NCBI RefSeq assembly: GCF_003790525.1
Contig: NZ_CP033635.1
Source of the DNA: Escherichia coli
GTDB lineage: Bacteria > Pseudomonadota > Gammaproteobacteria > Enterobacterales > Enterobacteriaceae
DNA length: 64,000 nucleotides
Reading direction: 5' to 3' (one strand)
The notes under the pieces are model-generated. The model searched no databases, was not told the origin of the DNA, and saw only the letters and a program-made list of their open reading frames with translations. Positions 11,005 through 22,076 of this stretch are shown in pieces. How positions within the stretch are numbered: position 1 is the first letter of the stretch; each line of letters opens with the position of its first letter. The position numbers and the translations under genes are program-made.

Positions 11005-12404
11005 AGTTCTGGCGACCCGGTATTACCGGCAAACTGTTTCTGGCGATTTTCGCCACCTGCATTGTCTTGCTGATCAGTATGCACTGGGCGGTGCGTATCA
11101 GTTTTGAGCGTGGCTTTATTGATTACATCAAGCATGGTAATGAACAGCGATTACAACTGTTAAGTGATGCGCTTGGCGAGCAGTATGCGCAGCATGGCAA
11201 CTGGCGCTTCCTGCGCAACAATGATCGCTTTGTCTTTCAGATCCTGCGTTCATTTGAACACGATAATTCGGAAGATAAACCCGGCCCGGGTATGCCACCG
11301 CACGGCTGGCGTACCCAGTTCTGGGTGGTTGATCAAAACAACAAAGTGCTGGTTGGTCCGCGAGCGCCGATTCCACCTGACGGTACACGGCGACCCATTC
11401 TGGTCAACGGTGCGGAAGTTGGCGCGGTGATCGCCTCCCCCGTTGAGCGGTTAACGCGCAATACTGATATCAATTTCGATAAACAACAGCGGCAAACCAG
11501 CTGGTTGATTGTCGCCCTGGCAACGTTACTCGCGGCACTTGCCACTTTTCTGCTGGCGCGCGGTTTACTGGCACCGGTAAAACGACTTGTCGATGGCACG
11601 CACAAACTGGCGGCGGGCGATTTCACTACCCGCGTAACGCCCACCAGTGAAGATGAACTGGGCAAACTGGCGCAAGACTTCAACCAGCTTGCCAGCACAC
11701 TGGAGAAAAACCAGCAAATGCGGCGCGATTTTATGGCCGATATTTCTCACGAACTGCGTACGCCATTAGCGGTGCTGCGCGGTGAACTGGAAGCCATTCA
11801 GGATGGCGTGCGTAAATTCACGCCGGAGACGGTGGCGTCTTTACAGGCGGAGGTCGGTACACTGACCAAACTGGTTGACGATCTCCATCAGTTGTCGATG
11901 TCTGATGAAGGCGCTCTCGCCTATCAAAAAGCACCGGTAGATTTGATCCCACTGCTGGAAGTGGCGGGCGGCGCATTTCGCGAACGATTCGCCAGTCGTG
12001 GCCTGAAACTGCAATTTTCCCTGCCAGACAGTATTACCGTATTTGGCGATCGCGACCGTTTAATGCAGTTATTCAATAACTTACTGGAAAACAGCCTGCG
12101 CTACACTGACAGCGGCGGCAGCCTGCAAATCTCTGCCGGGCAGCGCGACAAAACGGTGCGCCTGACCTTTGCCGACAGTGCGCCAGGTGTCAGTGACGAT
12201 CAGCTACAAAAATTGTTTGAACGTTTTTATCGCACCGAAGGTTCCCGCAACCGTGCCAGCGGCGGTTCCGGGCTGGGGCTGGCGATTTGCCTGAACATTG
12301 TTGAAGCACATAATGGTCGCATTATTGCTGCCCATTCGCCTTTTGGCGGGGTAAGCATTACAGTAGAGTTACCGCTGGAACGGGATTTACAGAGAGAAGT
12401 ATGA
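11001..12404 (+). CDS. baeS: Sensor histidine kinase BaeS (467 aa)
   Basis: Two TM segments, HAMP, H-box (ISHELRTPL) and ATPase G-boxes (GGSGLGLAI). Confidence 0.95.
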   Translation: MKFWRPGITGKLFLAIFATCIVLLISMHWAVRISFERGFIDYIKHGNEQRLQLLSDALGEQYAQHGNWRFLRNNDRFVFQILRSFEHDNSEDKPGPGMPPHGWRTQFWVVDQNNKVLVGPRAPIPPDGTRRPILVNGAEVGAVIASPVERLTRNTDINFDKQQRQTSWLIVALATLLAALATFLLARGLLAPVKRLVDGTHKLAAGDFTTRVTPTSEDELGKLAQDFNQLASTLEKNQQMRRDFMADISHELRTPLAVLRGELEAIQDGVRKFTPETVASLQAEVGTLTKLVDDLHQLSMSDEGALAYQKAPVDLIPLLEVAGGAFRERFASRGLKLQFSLPDSITVFGDRDRLMQLFNNLLENSLRYTDSGGSLQISAGQRDKTVRLTFADSAPGVSDDQLQKLFERFYRTEGSRNRASGGSGLGLAICLNIVEAHNGRIIAAHSPFGGVSITVELPLERDLQREV

Positions 12405-13123
12405 CCGAGTTACCAATCGACGAAAACACACCGCGTATTTTGATCGTGGAAGATGAACCGAAGCTGGGGCAGTTGCTCATTGATTATCTGCGTGCTGCGA
12501 GCTATGCGCCGACGCTTATCAGCCACGGCGATCAGGTACTGCCGTATGTGCGCCAGACACCACCGGATCTGATCCTGTTAGATCTGATGCTCCCTGGCAC
12601 CTATGGCCTGACGCTGTGCCGGGAAATTCGTCGTTTTTCTGACATTCCGATCGTGATGGTGACGGCAAAAATCGAAGAGATCGATCGCCTGCTGGGGCTG
12701 GAGATTGGCGCAGATGATTATATCTGTAAGCCGTACAGCCCACGGGAAGTGGTAGCGCGCGTCAAAACCATTTTGCGCCGTTGCAAACCGCAGCGCGAGT
12801 TGCAGCAACAGGATGCTGAAAGCCCGTTGATTATCGACGAAGGTCGTTTTCAGGCTTCATGGCGCGGTAAAATGCTTGACCTGACGCCTGCGGAATTTCG
12901 TCTGCTGAAAACGCTCTCTCACGAACCAGGAAAAGTGTTTTCCCGCGAGCAATTGCTCAATCATCTTTATGACGACTACCGCGTAGTAACCGACCGCACC
13001 ATCGACAGCCACATTAAAAACCTGCGCCGCAAGCTGGAATCTCTCGACGCCGAACAGTCATTTATCCGCGCCGTTTATGGCGTCGGTTACCGCTGGGAAG
13101 CCGACGCCTGCCGCATCGTTTAG
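12401..13123 (+). CDS. baeR: OmpR-family response regulator BaeR (240 aa)
   Basis: Receiver domain ([10 protein letters not shown]) plus winged-helix C-terminus; start overlaps the baeS stop. Confidence 0.95.
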   Translation: MTELPIDENTPRILIVEDEPKLGQLLIDYLRAASYAPTLISHGDQVLPYVRQTPPDLILLDLMLPGTYGLTLCREIRRFSDIPIVMVTAKIEEIDRLLGLEIGADDYICKPYSPREVVARVKTILRRCKPQRELQQQDAESPLIIDEGRFQASWRGKMLDLTPAEFRLLKTLSHEPGKVFSREQLLNHLYDDYRVVTDRTIDSHIKNLRRKLESLDAEQSFIRAVYGVGYRWEADACRIV

Positions 13124-13313
13124 TTTTAGCGACATTATTTTGTTAGCCGGAGATGGCGTTCAGACCAGATCCGGCAACATTATCCCACGCATGGTCAGCA
13201 AACTGACATTATCTCTCCGCCCTGGCAGGCATCAGAAAATCGCTCATACTTTAATCGGTAAACAGCACCTTTAGATGCTGTTTTCGATACACAATTTCAA
13301 TCAAGGAGTCATT

Positions 13314-13646
13314 ATGGCTGGTTGGTTTGAACTCAGTAAGAGCAGTGATAATCAGTTCCGGTTTGTGCTAAAAGCGGGCAATGGTGAGACTATCCTCACC
13401 AGCGAGCTTTATACCTCAAAAGCCTCTGCGGAAAAGGGCATCGCGTCGGTGCGTAGCAACAGCCCGCAAGAAGAACGCTATGAGAAAAAAACGGCAAGTA
13501 ACGGCAAATTCTATTTCAATCTGAAAGCCGCTAATCATCAAATTATCGGCTCCAGCCAGATGTACGCCACCGCGCAATCTCGTGAAACCGGAATTGCCTC
13601 CGTTAAAGCCAATGGCACAAGCCAGACGGTGAAAGACAATACGTAA
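13314..13646 (+). CDS. yegP: DUF1508/UPF0339 protein YegP (110 aa) with internal tandem duplication
   Basis: ORF 13275-13646 trimmed to ATG at 13314 after GGAG; two repeated halves (FRFVLKAGNGETI...GIASVRSN and KFYFNLKAANHQII...GIASVKAN). Confidence 0.85.
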   Translation: MAGWFELSKSSDNQFRFVLKAGNGETILTSELYTSKASAEKGIASVRSNSPQEERYEKKTASNGKFYFNLKAANHQIIGSSQMYATAQSRETGIASVKANGTSQTVKDNT

Positions 13647-13792
13647 TTACGATGCCGGGCGTGGGTTGTTGGCGTCCGGCGCTTTACCAGATCCCCCCAC
13701 AGCGCTACAATGCCCGCCCTTAAAGTGGGGGCACTCCCCTAACCGCTTCATCAGGTGAAGCGGATCTGACCTGTCATCAGAACGAGAGAATT

Positions 13793-15154
13793 ATGTTTAA
13801 ACCGGAACTCCTTTCCCCGGCGGGAACGCTGAAAAATATGCGTTACGCTTTCGCTTATGGCGCAGATGCTGTTTATGCGGGCCAGCCGCGTTACTCCCTG
13901 CGTGTGCGCAACAACGAATTCAACCACGAAAATCTTCAGCTCGGCATCAATGAAGCCCACGCGCTGGGGAAAAAGTTTTATGTCGTGGTCAACATTGCAC
14001 CGCACAACGCCAAGCTGAAAACCTTTATCCGTGACCTGAAACCGGTGGTGGAAATGGGGCCGGATGCGCTGATTATGTCCGATCCAGGGCTGATTATGCT
14101 GGTGCGTGAGCACTTCCCTGAAATGCCGATCCACCTCTCGGTGCAGGCTAACGCCGTAAACTGGGCGACGGTGAAATTCTGGCAGCAAATGGGCCTGACC
14201 CGCGTGATCCTCTCTCGCGAGCTGTCGCTGGAAGAGATTGAAGAGATCCGCAATCAGGTGCCGGATATGGAGATCGAGATCTTCGTTCACGGCGCACTGT
14301 GCATGGCCTACTCCGGTCGCTGCCTGCTCTCTGGCTATATCAACAAGCGCGATCCGAACCAGGGTACCTGCACCAACGCCTGCCGCTGGGAGTACAACGT
14401 CCAGGAAGGGAAAGAAGATGACGTTGGCAACATCGTACACAAGTACGAGCCGATTCCGGTGCAAAATGTTGAGCCGACGCTGGGTATCGGCGCGCCAACC
14501 GACAAAGTGTTTATGATCGAAGAAGCCCAGCGTCCGGGCGAGTATATGACCGCGTTTGAAGATGAGCACGGCACTTACATCATGAACTCGAAAGATCTGC
14601 GCGCCATCGCCCATGTAGAACGCCTGACCAAAATGGGCGTGCATTCGCTGAAAATCGAAGGCCGTACTAAATCTTTCTACTATTGCGCACGCACCGCACA
14701 GGTTTACCGTAAAGCTATCGATGACGCCGCTGCGGGCAAACCGTTCGATACCAGCCTGCTGGAAACTCTGGAAGGTCTGGCGCATCGTGGCTATACCGAA
14801 GGTTTCCTGCGTCGTCATACTCACGACGATTATCAGAACTACGAATACGGTTATTCAGTTTCTGACCGCCAGCAGTTTGTTGGTGAGTTTACCGGTGAGC
14901 GCAAGGGGGACCTCGCGGCGGTAGCGGTGAAAAATAAATTCTCCGTTGGCGACAGCCTTGAGCTGATGACGCCGCAAGGCAACATTAACTTTACCCTTGA
15001 GCACATGGAAAACGCCAAAGGTGAAGCGATGCCGGTCGCACCAGGCGATGGTTATACTGTGTGGCTCCCGGTCCCGCAGGATCTTGAGCTCAATTACGCT
15101 CTGCTGATGCGTAATTTCTCCGGGGAAACCACGCGTAACCCACACGGTAAGTGA
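13793..15154 (+). CDS. yegQ: Peptidase U32 family protein YegQ/TrhP (453 aa)
   Basis: 453-aa ORF, U32-type sequence with Cys-rich C-terminal half; position after yegP. Confidence 0.9.
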   Translation: MFKPELLSPAGTLKNMRYAFAYGADAVYAGQPRYSLRVRNNEFNHENLQLGINEAHALGKKFYVVVNIAPHNAKLKTFIRDLKPVVEMGPDALIMSDPGLIMLVREHFPEMPIHLSVQANAVNWATVKFWQQMGLTRVILSRELSLEEIEEIRNQVPDMEIEIFVHGALCMAYSGRCLLSGYINKRDPNQGTCTNACRWEYNVQEGKEDDVGNIVHKYEPIPVQNVEPTLGIGAPTDKVFMIEEAQRPGEYMTAFEDEHGTYIMNSKDLRAIAHVERLTKMGVHSLKIEGRTKSFYYCARTAQVYRKAIDDAAAGKPFDTSLLETLEGLAHRGYTEGFLRRHTHDDYQNYEYGYSVSDRQQFVGEFTGERKGDLAAVAVKNKFSVGDSLELMTPQGNINFTLEHMENAKGEAMPVAPGDGYTVWLPVPQDLELNYALLMRNFSGETTRNPHGK

Positions 15155-15238
15155 TTAATTTCGATTATTTTTCCCGGATGGAAAATTCTTAGAAACCGAT
15201 CACATACAGCTGCATTTATTAAGGTTATCATCCGTTTC

Positions 15239-15325
15239 GCTGAAAAACATAACCCATAAAATGCTAGCTGTACCAGGAACCACCTCCTTAGCCTGTGTAA
15301 TCTCCCTTACACGGGCTTATTTTTT
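15239..15325 (+). ncRNA. cyaR: CyaR (RyeE) Hfq-dependent sRNA
   Basis: GCTGAAAAACATAACCCATAAAATGCTAGCTGTACCAGGAACCACCTCCTTAGCCTGTGTAATCTCCCTTACACGGGCTTATTTTTT matches the CyaR sequence as remembered; ends in a hairpin (GTGTAATCTCCCTTACAC) plus T-run; a -10-like TATCAT lies about 8 bp upstream. Confidence 0.8.
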
Positions 15326-15483
15326 ATGCATAAGCCCTATCCCTGGTCACCGTCTTCCATTGACCACATCGATAGAATCTCCCTTCATAGCACGATGCCT
15401 TTCACGTAACGGCATCGTGCTCGCACAGGTTCCGGCTAAGCACAACCAGAACGCACATATTTGACGCTTACCAAAAAATATTC

Positions 15484-15801
15484 TCACTCTCCACATTTGA
15501 ATGTCAGACGAGCGACACCATGTAATCCTACACCTTCTGTCTTCAGCTCAACTATTTGCATTTTTTTGCCCTGAGTAACACAGAAATGGGCTGCATCATT
15601 TTTTACTATATTTTCTGCACCAGATATTCTACCCCTGGCTAAAGAAGCTTCGGCTTCGGTGTAGTATTGGTTATCGAGTTTACGCTGAATATTACTTTTA
15701 TATGCAAGGCCAAATTTACCGATACTTGTCTCATCATTATGCACAGCACAACCAGACATAAGAAAAACACTAATTAATGATATAGCAGCTATTTTATTCA
15801 C
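15484..15801 (-). CDS. yegR: Small lipoprotein-like protein YegR (105 aa, probable GTG start)
   Basis: ORF 15484-15906 trimmed to GTG giving (M)NKIAAISLISVFLMSGCAV..., signal peptide with lipobox LMSGC. Confidence 0.7.
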   Translation of the reverse strand: MNKIAAISLISVFLMSGCAVHNDETSIGKFGLAYKSNIQRKLDNQYYTEAEASLARGRISGAENIVKNDAAHFCVTQGKKMQIVELKTEGVGLHGVARLTFKCGE

Positions 15802-16214
15802 CTCACCTTCCCCCATTAAATACCAACGACACTCTCTAGTGTTTAAGTATAATAATGGCCGATCATTATAATTGAATAGGATTATAATAAATGTTTTGTA
15901 CAACATTTCCTACATAAGTAGGAATTACAGACTCAGAGGCCCTTCCGGGTAACCCTATGGGAGCTTTAATATATTTGGAATAGTATATTGAAGATGCCAC
16001 TGTTTAGTTGAATATTAGATATTTGCTCTTTTTTCAAATTTACCGGTGGCTACCGTTAACATTCACTGCCCCCATTGCAAGCTCCTGGTGGTAACAACTG
16101 AATTACCCATGCTTGAACTGACTTTTTATCCTCCGACTTTCATCCTGTTCTGACTCCACCTTTTGTTTTCTGCTCTACACTATCTACAGACCAATCATAA
16201 AGGCACATACGATC

Positions 16215-17114
16215 ATGGCAGAATTTCCCGCCAGCTTACTGATTCTTAATGGCAAAAGTACTGACAATCTACCCTTGCGCGAAGCAATTATGCTGTTGCG
16301 TGAGGAAGGAATGACGATCCATGTGCGGGTCACCTGGGAGAAAGGTGATGCCGCACGATTTGTAGAGGAGGCCCGGAAGTTGGGCGTCGCAACGGTGATT
16401 GCTGGAGGTGGCGATGGCACCATTAATGAAGTTTCTACGGCGTTGATTCAGTGTGAGGGGGATGACATACCCGCGCTGGGAATTTTACCATTAGGAACCG
16501 CCAATGATTTTGCCACCAGCGTAGGGATTCCTGAGGCACTGGATAAGGCGCTGAAACTGGCAATTGCCGGTGACGCCATTGCGATAGATATGGCGCAGGT
16601 CAACAAACAAACCTGTTTTATTAATATGGCGACAGGCGGATTTGGGACGCGTATTACCACAGAAACGCCGGAAAAATTAAAAGCCGCGCTGGGTAGCGTC
16701 TCTTACATCATTCATGGCTTAATGCGTATGGATACTCTGCAACCGGACCGTTGTGAAATCCGCGGTGAAAACTTTCACTGGCAAGGTGACGCCCTGGTCA
16801 TTGGTATTGGTAACGGGCGTCAGGCCGGTGGCGGTCAGCAATTGTGTCCGAACGCGTTAATTAACGATGGCTTGCTGCAACTGCGCATTTTTACCGGCGA
16901 TGAAATACTTCCGGCTCTCGTATCAACCTTAAAATCTGACGAAGATAACCCGAATATTATCGAAGGCGCTTCGTCGTGGTTTGATATTCAGGCACCACAC
17001 GACATCACCTTTAATCTTGATGGCGAACCGTTGAGTGGGCAAAATTTTCATATTGAAATACTTCCGGCAGCGTTGCGTTGCCGTCTGCCACCAGATTGCC
17101 CGCTTTTACGTTAA
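16215..17114 (+). CDS. yegS: Lipid kinase YegS (diacylglycerol-kinase catalytic-domain family, 299 aa)
   Basis: 299-aa ORF with GGDGT motif ([13 protein letters not shown]). Confidence 0.9.
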   Translation: MAEFPASLLILNGKSTDNLPLREAIMLLREEGMTIHVRVTWEKGDAARFVEEARKLGVATVIAGGGDGTINEVSTALIQCEGDDIPALGILPLGTANDFATSVGIPEALDKALKLAIAGDAIAIDMAQVNKQTCFINMATGGFGTRITTETPEKLKAALGSVSYIIHGLMRMDTLQPDRCEIRGENFHWQGDALVIGIGNGRQAGGGQQLCPNALINDGLLQLRIFTGDEILPALVSTLKSDEDNPNIIEGASSWFDIQAPHDITFNLDGEPLSGQNFHIEILPAALRCRLPPDCPLLR

Positions 17115-17187
17115 ATAAAAGCAAGCTCAGAAGCAGGATTAGCAGACCGGCATCATCCCTGGGATCTTCTGCGCTCACCCTTTTTTG

Positions 17188-17841
17188 TTACGCAGCTACG
17201 GCTAACGCTGCCAGTAATTCATTCATCGATAAATATCTTGCACTCGCCGCATTAAAGCAGGTTTGTTGGGCATCTTCTGATACCACAATGGTGTTTATTC
17301 CTGCCGCCTGTGCTGCCTGAAAACCACTCACGCTGTCCTCTATAACCAAACAATCTGCAGCAGACAGTTGCAATTCTCGCAGTGCAGAAAGATAAACTGC
17401 CGGATGGGGTTTCCCATGCTTTTCGTCATCAGCACTACAAATCACCGAAAAATAATGCTGAATATTGAGTTTTGTCAGTACAGCATCGATCACCTGGTAA
17501 GATGAAGAGGTTGCCAGCGCCAGTTGATAGCCACTCCGGCGCAAAAAAAATAACACGTCCTGAACGCCTGGCATCGCTTCGCCCGTCCCGGCAATCAACG
17601 TAGTGATCAGGCGGCGAATCTCACTTTCCAACAGTGCGGGTTCAATGTGTAAATGACAATATTCACACCAGGTTTGGGCAATCTCATCCAGCCTTTTACC
17701 TTTAGTCAGTCTTATACACTCTTCGTCACTGACACATGCGCCCCACCTTGCCAGTGCTCCCTTTTGTGCCTCACGCCATAACCCTTCCGAATCAATGATG
17801 ACGCCGTCCATATCAAAAATGACTGCTTTACAATTAAACAT
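17188..17841 (-). CDS. HAD-superfamily sugar-phosphate phosphatase (217 aa)
   Basis: ORF 17188-17886 trimmed to ATG at 17841 preceded by GAGGAA; HAD motif I FDMDGVIIDS; lies immediately downstream of atlT. Confidence 0.8.
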   Translation of the reverse strand: MFNCKAVIFDMDGVIIDSEGLWREAQKGALARWGACVSDEECIRLTKGKRLDEIAQTWCEYCHLHIEPALLESEIRRLITTLIAGTGEAMPGVQDVLFFLRRSGYQLALATSSSYQVIDAVLTKLNIQHYFSVICSADDEKHGKPHPAVYLSALRELQLSAADCLVIEDSVSGFQAAQAAGINTIVVSEDAQQTCFNAASARYLSMNELLAALAVAA

Positions 17842-17885
17842 TGTTCCTCGCAATAAAGCCTGGCACCACACCAGGCTTGTCGTCA

Positions 17886-19163
17886 TCAGGAAATGGTGGC
17901 GGTCTTCCCTTCACACACTTGCTGATTTGAGAATCCCGGTTGTTCGACGCGAATAAACGGGCAAATAATAAACGCTATCACATACAGGGTGGTGTAAGCG
18001 ATAACCACACCAATAGTACTGAAATAAGGCAGAAGTACCACGGCGATTGCCGGAGCAAGGAAGTTGGACAACCCGGCTGAAAGGTTATAAACCGAAATAG
18101 CTGCTCCTTTATGTTTCGGTTCCAGTGCCGGGAAAACGGCTGCCATCGGTACGAATGCAGCAACAAAGATCCCCAGTGCCACCGCAGGTATCAGCGCCAT
18201 AGCAAAGTTATGACCGAAATGTTGCGGCATGTAGTAGAACGCCAGGCTTGAAAGCGCCATTCCCACGCAACCAAACCAGCGAACAACTTTCATCCAGCCC
18301 ATTTTCTCTGCCAGCACGCCCCAGAATACGTTAGAGAAGATGGTGGTAAAGAAGAAGACTGCCCAGACCTGCAACCACTCAGAGGTGGTAAAGCCCAGCT
18401 CATCAACAAACATCATCGGCATAATTACGGCGAATCCGAATAAAGATAAGGTGTTGATAATGCGAACAATACTGGAAAGCAAAATATTGCGGTTGGTATA
18501 AAGCAAAGTCACCGCACGGCCCAGTTCGCTAAACTTCTCTTTTGTGGTTAGGTTTTGCATATGGCGTGGTGTTTCTACTTTGCGCATAGAAATTAACGCA
18601 ACAGCGCCACCAACCCCACAGAAGGCCAGCGCCAGCCATAATGTTCCCATTTCGCCAATAAGCGGAATGGTAAAACTGGGGATGTAGCTGCCGAATACGC
18701 CGATACCAATAGAGTAAACTGCCCAGAACCAGCCCAGAGCAGCACTGGTGCTGTCACTGCGTACGTTATGGACAATCGCCACAATAAAGGCGTAGAGGAA
18801 CAGCGGATAGGCTAGGCCACGAATACCATAAAACAGCAGGATTAACCCATAGTTCGCCTGCCCCAGACCAAAGACCAGAAACAGCACGTGAAATACGCAC
18901 CACAGCACAAAGCCGATAAACATGGTTTTTTGTGGCGTAATAATTTCGGCAACTACGCCGGAAACCCAGGCGGAAAGCGCTGCCGCCAGGCCATAGAGCG
19001 TAAAGGCAAAGGAGGCTTCTGCAGGCGTGAAACCCAGTGCTTTAATGTAATGCGACAGGAATGCCAGTTCAAAACCGTCTCCGGTCATAAAGATGGCAAT
19101 GGCAATATATCCCCACACCAGATTTAAGGGTAATCCCAGCCATTGTTTATTTGTTAACGACAT
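17886..19163 (-). CDS. atlT: MFS pentitol transporter, D-arabitol operon (425 aa)
   Basis: ORF trimmed to MSLTNKQWLGL...; about 85% identical by eye to the second MFS protein at 26892-28166. Confidence 0.85.
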   Translation of the reverse strand: MSLTNKQWLGLPLNLVWGYIAIAIFMTGDGFELAFLSHYIKALGFTPAEASFAFTLYGLAAALSAWVSGVVAEIITPQKTMFIGFVLWCVFHVLFLVFGLGQANYGLILLFYGIRGLAYPLFLYAFIVAIVHNVRSDSTSAALGWFWAVYSIGIGVFGSYIPSFTIPLIGEMGTLWLALAFCGVGGAVALISMRKVETPRHMQNLTTKEKFSELGRAVTLLYTNRNILLSSIVRIINTLSLFGFAVIMPMMFVDELGFTTSEWLQVWAVFFFTTIFSNVFWGVLAEKMGWMKVVRWFGCVGMALSSLAFYYMPQHFGHNFAMALIPAVALGIFVAAFVPMAAVFPALEPKHKGAAISVYNLSAGLSNFLAPAIAVVLLPYFSTIGVVIAYTTLYVIAFIICPFIRVEQPGFSNQQVCEGKTATIS

Positions 19164-19231
19164 AGTGACCTCGTTTGTAGGATACAAAACGCCGCTCCGG
19201 TGCAAACACCGGAGGGCATTTGTGACAGATG

Positions 19232-20695
19232 TTATTGATTGCGATAGTTCAGGTCGTTGTGATACAGCGCAGTAAACTGCTGATATCGTTGCATCAGCGC
19301 ATTATGACGTTCAGGATCGCTGCGCCAGGTTTTGAAGATTTCAGGTTTTTCACACACTGCCGCCAGTGGTTTTCCCGCAGCAAGACAGGCCAGACGCGCG
19401 GCTCCCAGCGCCCCACCCGTTTCACCGCCTTTATGCGTCACCACTGGCATATCGAGAATATCGGCCAGTAACTGCGCCCAGAATGGACTTCTCGCCCCCC
19501 CACCTACCAGCGAGCATTGCTCAATTGCCGTACCGCTTTCTTGCAGGACTCGCAGCCCATCGGCAATACCAAAGCTGACGCCTTCCAGCACTGCATATCC
19601 CATTAGCGCACGCTGACTGGAGTGTGTCAGCGCCCAGAACAATCCCCGGGCATGAGGATCGTTATGTGGCGTACGTTCACCAGAAAGATACGGGAGGAAC
19701 ATCGGTGCACTGGCTTTGTCTGCATCAGAAAGTTGGGCAATCTCTTCCAGTAACTCTGTTTCCGTTACCCCCACCAGACGGCAGAACCATTGCAGACAAC
19801 TGGCGGCACTGAGCATTACACTCATCTGGTGCCATAAATTCGGTAGTACGTGACAGAAAGCATGGACTGCTGATTGCGGCGCAGGACGATAGGCATCAGT
19901 CACTACAAACAACACCCCGGAAGTTCCCAAAGAAATAAACGCATCTCCGGGAGAAACGGCCCCCACACCAATTGCGCTCACGGCGTTATCGCCACCGCCA
20001 CCAGCAACTACAACCGAAGATGTCAGCCCCCAACGGCTGGCAACTTCAGGGGAAAGAGTGGCAGAAACGTCACAACCTTCCACCAGTTCCGGCATATTCG
20101 CCCGTGTCAGGCCACATTTTTCCAGCAACGAATCTGACCAGTCGCGTTTTTCCACGTCGAGCCACAACGTGCCAGCAGAATCCGACATATCGGAAATCTT
20201 TTGGCCGGTCATTTTGAAACGCAAATAGTCTTTCGGCAGTAAAACGGTGGAAATGCGCGCAAAGTGCTGCGGCTCATGGCGCCGTACCCATAGCAATTTG
20301 GGGGCGGTAAATCCAGGCATCGCCAGGTTTCCCGCTACCTGATGCAACTCTGGTGCGATCTCTTCCAGCTCCGCACACTCCTGCGCACTGCGGGTGTCGT
20401 TCCATAAAATCGCCGGACGAATCGCCTCTCCTTTTTCATCCAACAGGACGGCACCATGCATTTGACCAGAAAGGCCAATGGCTTTGATCGCCTGCCAGTG
20501 GTGACCGCATTTTTCCCGCAGGGTCGACATTAAATATTCCGTCGCTTCCCACCAGGCTTGCGGCGATTGTTCTGACCAGTGTGGATGGGGCCGCTGAATG
20601 GTCAGCGGCGCACTATGGGTGGCAACAATTTCATTGTTTTCATCAATGACCAGCGCCTTAACTTCCGATGTGCCCAGATCGATACCCAGATACAT
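19232..20695 (-). CDS. atlK: FGGY-family kinase, xylulokinase-like (487 aa)
   Basis: N-terminus MYLGIDLGTSEVKA typical of FGGY sugar kinases; AGGAGG before the ATG. Confidence 0.85.
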   Translation of the reverse strand: MYLGIDLGTSEVKALVIDENNEIVATHSAPLTIQRPHPHWSEQSPQAWWEATEYLMSTLREKCGHHWQAIKAIGLSGQMHGAVLLDEKGEAIRPAILWNDTRSAQECAELEEIAPELHQVAGNLAMPGFTAPKLLWVRRHEPQHFARISTVLLPKDYLRFKMTGQKISDMSDSAGTLWLDVEKRDWSDSLLEKCGLTRANMPELVEGCDVSATLSPEVASRWGLTSSVVVAGGGGDNAVSAIGVGAVSPGDAFISLGTSGVLFVVTDAYRPAPQSAVHAFCHVLPNLWHQMSVMLSAASCLQWFCRLVGVTETELLEEIAQLSDADKASAPMFLPYLSGERTPHNDPHARGLFWALTHSSQRALMGYAVLEGVSFGIADGLRVLQESGTAIEQCSLVGGGARSPFWAQLLADILDMPVVTHKGGETGGALGAARLACLAAGKPLAAVCEKPEIFKTWRSDPERHNALMQRYQQFTALYHNDLNYRNQ

Positions 20696-20708
20696 AACCG
20701 CCTCCTGG

Positions 20709-22076
20709 TTAGTTAATTAACGCGTAGACGTCAGCGATTTTTTCGCGCAACAACGCGGCAAAATCTTCACGTTCGGTTAAATCGCCAAACAGCGCTTTAT
20801 CACTGGCATAAACAGCGACGGGATCGGCAGACTGGAACATTGCATGGACAGCTGGTGCATCAAGGATGCCATCCTGATATTCATAGGGCAGTTTGCCGTG
20901 ATGCCATTGCTCCATGAATACGTAAAACAGTGCAGGTAACATGGCGGTGGCATTCGGGCGAACGCCTCGCTGGTAGCACTCTCGCAGTGTGGGGGCAATC
21001 ATCGCCGGAATTTTCGAGAAACCATCCGCAGCGACGCGTTGGTTGGTGTCCTGAATATGTGGATTGGTAAAACGCTTGAGTACAACATCACGGTAGGTTG
21101 GCAAATCGATACCGTTATCGCCCAAGCAAGGAATGACATCTTCCGTCACGTAGCGGTCGGCAATCTGATAGATAAAATCGGTCATTGTGCTTTCGTGGAT
21201 ATATTTTTGACCGATTAACGTACCTGCCCAGGCGATGCAACTGTGTGAAGAGTTAAGAATGCGAATCTTCGCCTCTTCATAGGGGATTACCGACGCCACC
21301 AGTTCGACACCGACCTTCTCCAGTGCCGGACGGACATCACGGAAATTATCTTCCACGACCCACTGGATAAAGGTTTCGCCCATTACCGGCGCTTTATCGG
21401 CAATACCCGTTTGAGCCTTGATCCGTGCCGGAAGTTCTGCTGCCGGACGAGGCGTAATGCGGTCAACCATGGTATTCGGGCAAGTGGTATTTGTACTCAG
21501 CCAGTCGATGACATCCTGTTTGCCAGTTAGCTGGAGAAACTCAACCAGGCCATCATGGAAACGTTCACCATTATGGCGCACGTTATCGCAATTCAGCAGG
21601 GTTAGTGGTCCGGCGTTATTTGCCATACGTGCTTCGAGGATACGGGTAATAACACCGTAAATTGTTTTGCATCCCCCTTTAAGATCTGCCGCTAAATCAG
21701 GATTGTTAACTTCCAGTTTGTGACTGGTATTCAGGTAGTACCCGCCTTCGGTGACGGTGAAAGCAATCACTTTTGTCTTCGGATCTGCCCCTTCAGCAAT
21801 CAGCGGTTGTAAATCTGCCTGCCACGGTATCAACTTCTGAATTGAGGTGATCTCTTCATATTCGCTTACCCCTTCCGGGCTGACGGTTTCCAGCACATAG
21901 CGACCTTTCTGTGCACTGAGTGCCTGTACGACATGTTCAGCATCATTACGAATATTGCCCGCAGCAATGCTCCAGCGTTTATCGCCCATCACCTGCAAAC
22001 GGTGTAGATACCACGCCTGATGTGCGCGATGAAAAGAACCTAACCCGATGTGCAGCCATGTAAATTGTTCGTTCAT
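20709..22076 (-). CDS. atlD: Mannitol-dehydrogenase-family polyol dehydrogenase, D-arabitol 4-dehydrogenase-like (455 aa)
   Basis: ORF 20709-22121 trimmed to [21 protein letters not shown] (Rossmann N-terminus); the start could instead be 15 codons upstream. Confidence 0.8.
   Translation of the reverse strand: MNEQFTWLHIGLGSFHRAHQAWYLHRLQVMGDKRWSIAAGNIRNDAEHVVQALSAQKGRYVLETVSPEGVSEYEEITSIQKLIPWQADLQPLIAEGADPKTKVIAFTVTEGGYYLNTSHKLEVNNPDLAADLKGGCKTIYGVITRILEARMANNAGPLTLLNCDNVRHNGERFHDGLVEFLQLTGKQDVIDWLSTNTTCPNTMVDRITPRPAAELPARIKAQTGIADKAPVMGETFIQWVVEDNFRDVRPALEKVGVELVASVIPYEEAKIRILNSSHSCIAWAGTLIGQKYIHESTMTDFIYQIADRYVTEDVIPCLGDNGIDLPTYRDVVLKRFTNPHIQDTNQRVAADGFSKIPAMIAPTLRECYQRGVRPNATAMLPALFYVFMEQWHHGKLPYEYQDGILDAPAVHAMFQSADPVAVYASDKALFGDLTEREDFAALLREKIADVYALIN

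Noticed and set aside
13647-13792. Imperfect GC-rich palindromes after yegP (GCCGGGCG...CGTCCGGCGC and CCGCTTCA-TCAGG-TGAAGCGG), possible REP element or terminator
   Set aside because: Stems are imperfect or lack a following T-run and do not match the REP consensus well enough to call; could be weak terminators or attenuators.
13751-14824. 357-aa ORF on the minus strand
   Set aside because: Lies entirely antisense within yegQ, whose sense frame gives a coherent U32 peptidase; no start context. Typical shadow ORF in GC-rich coding DNA.
15190-15216. Possible CRP site upstream of cyaR
   Set aside because: The sequence (GATCACATACAGCTGCATTT) only loosely resembles the TGTGA-N6-TCACA consensus; I could not place a convincing palindrome by eye, so it is not reported as a feature.
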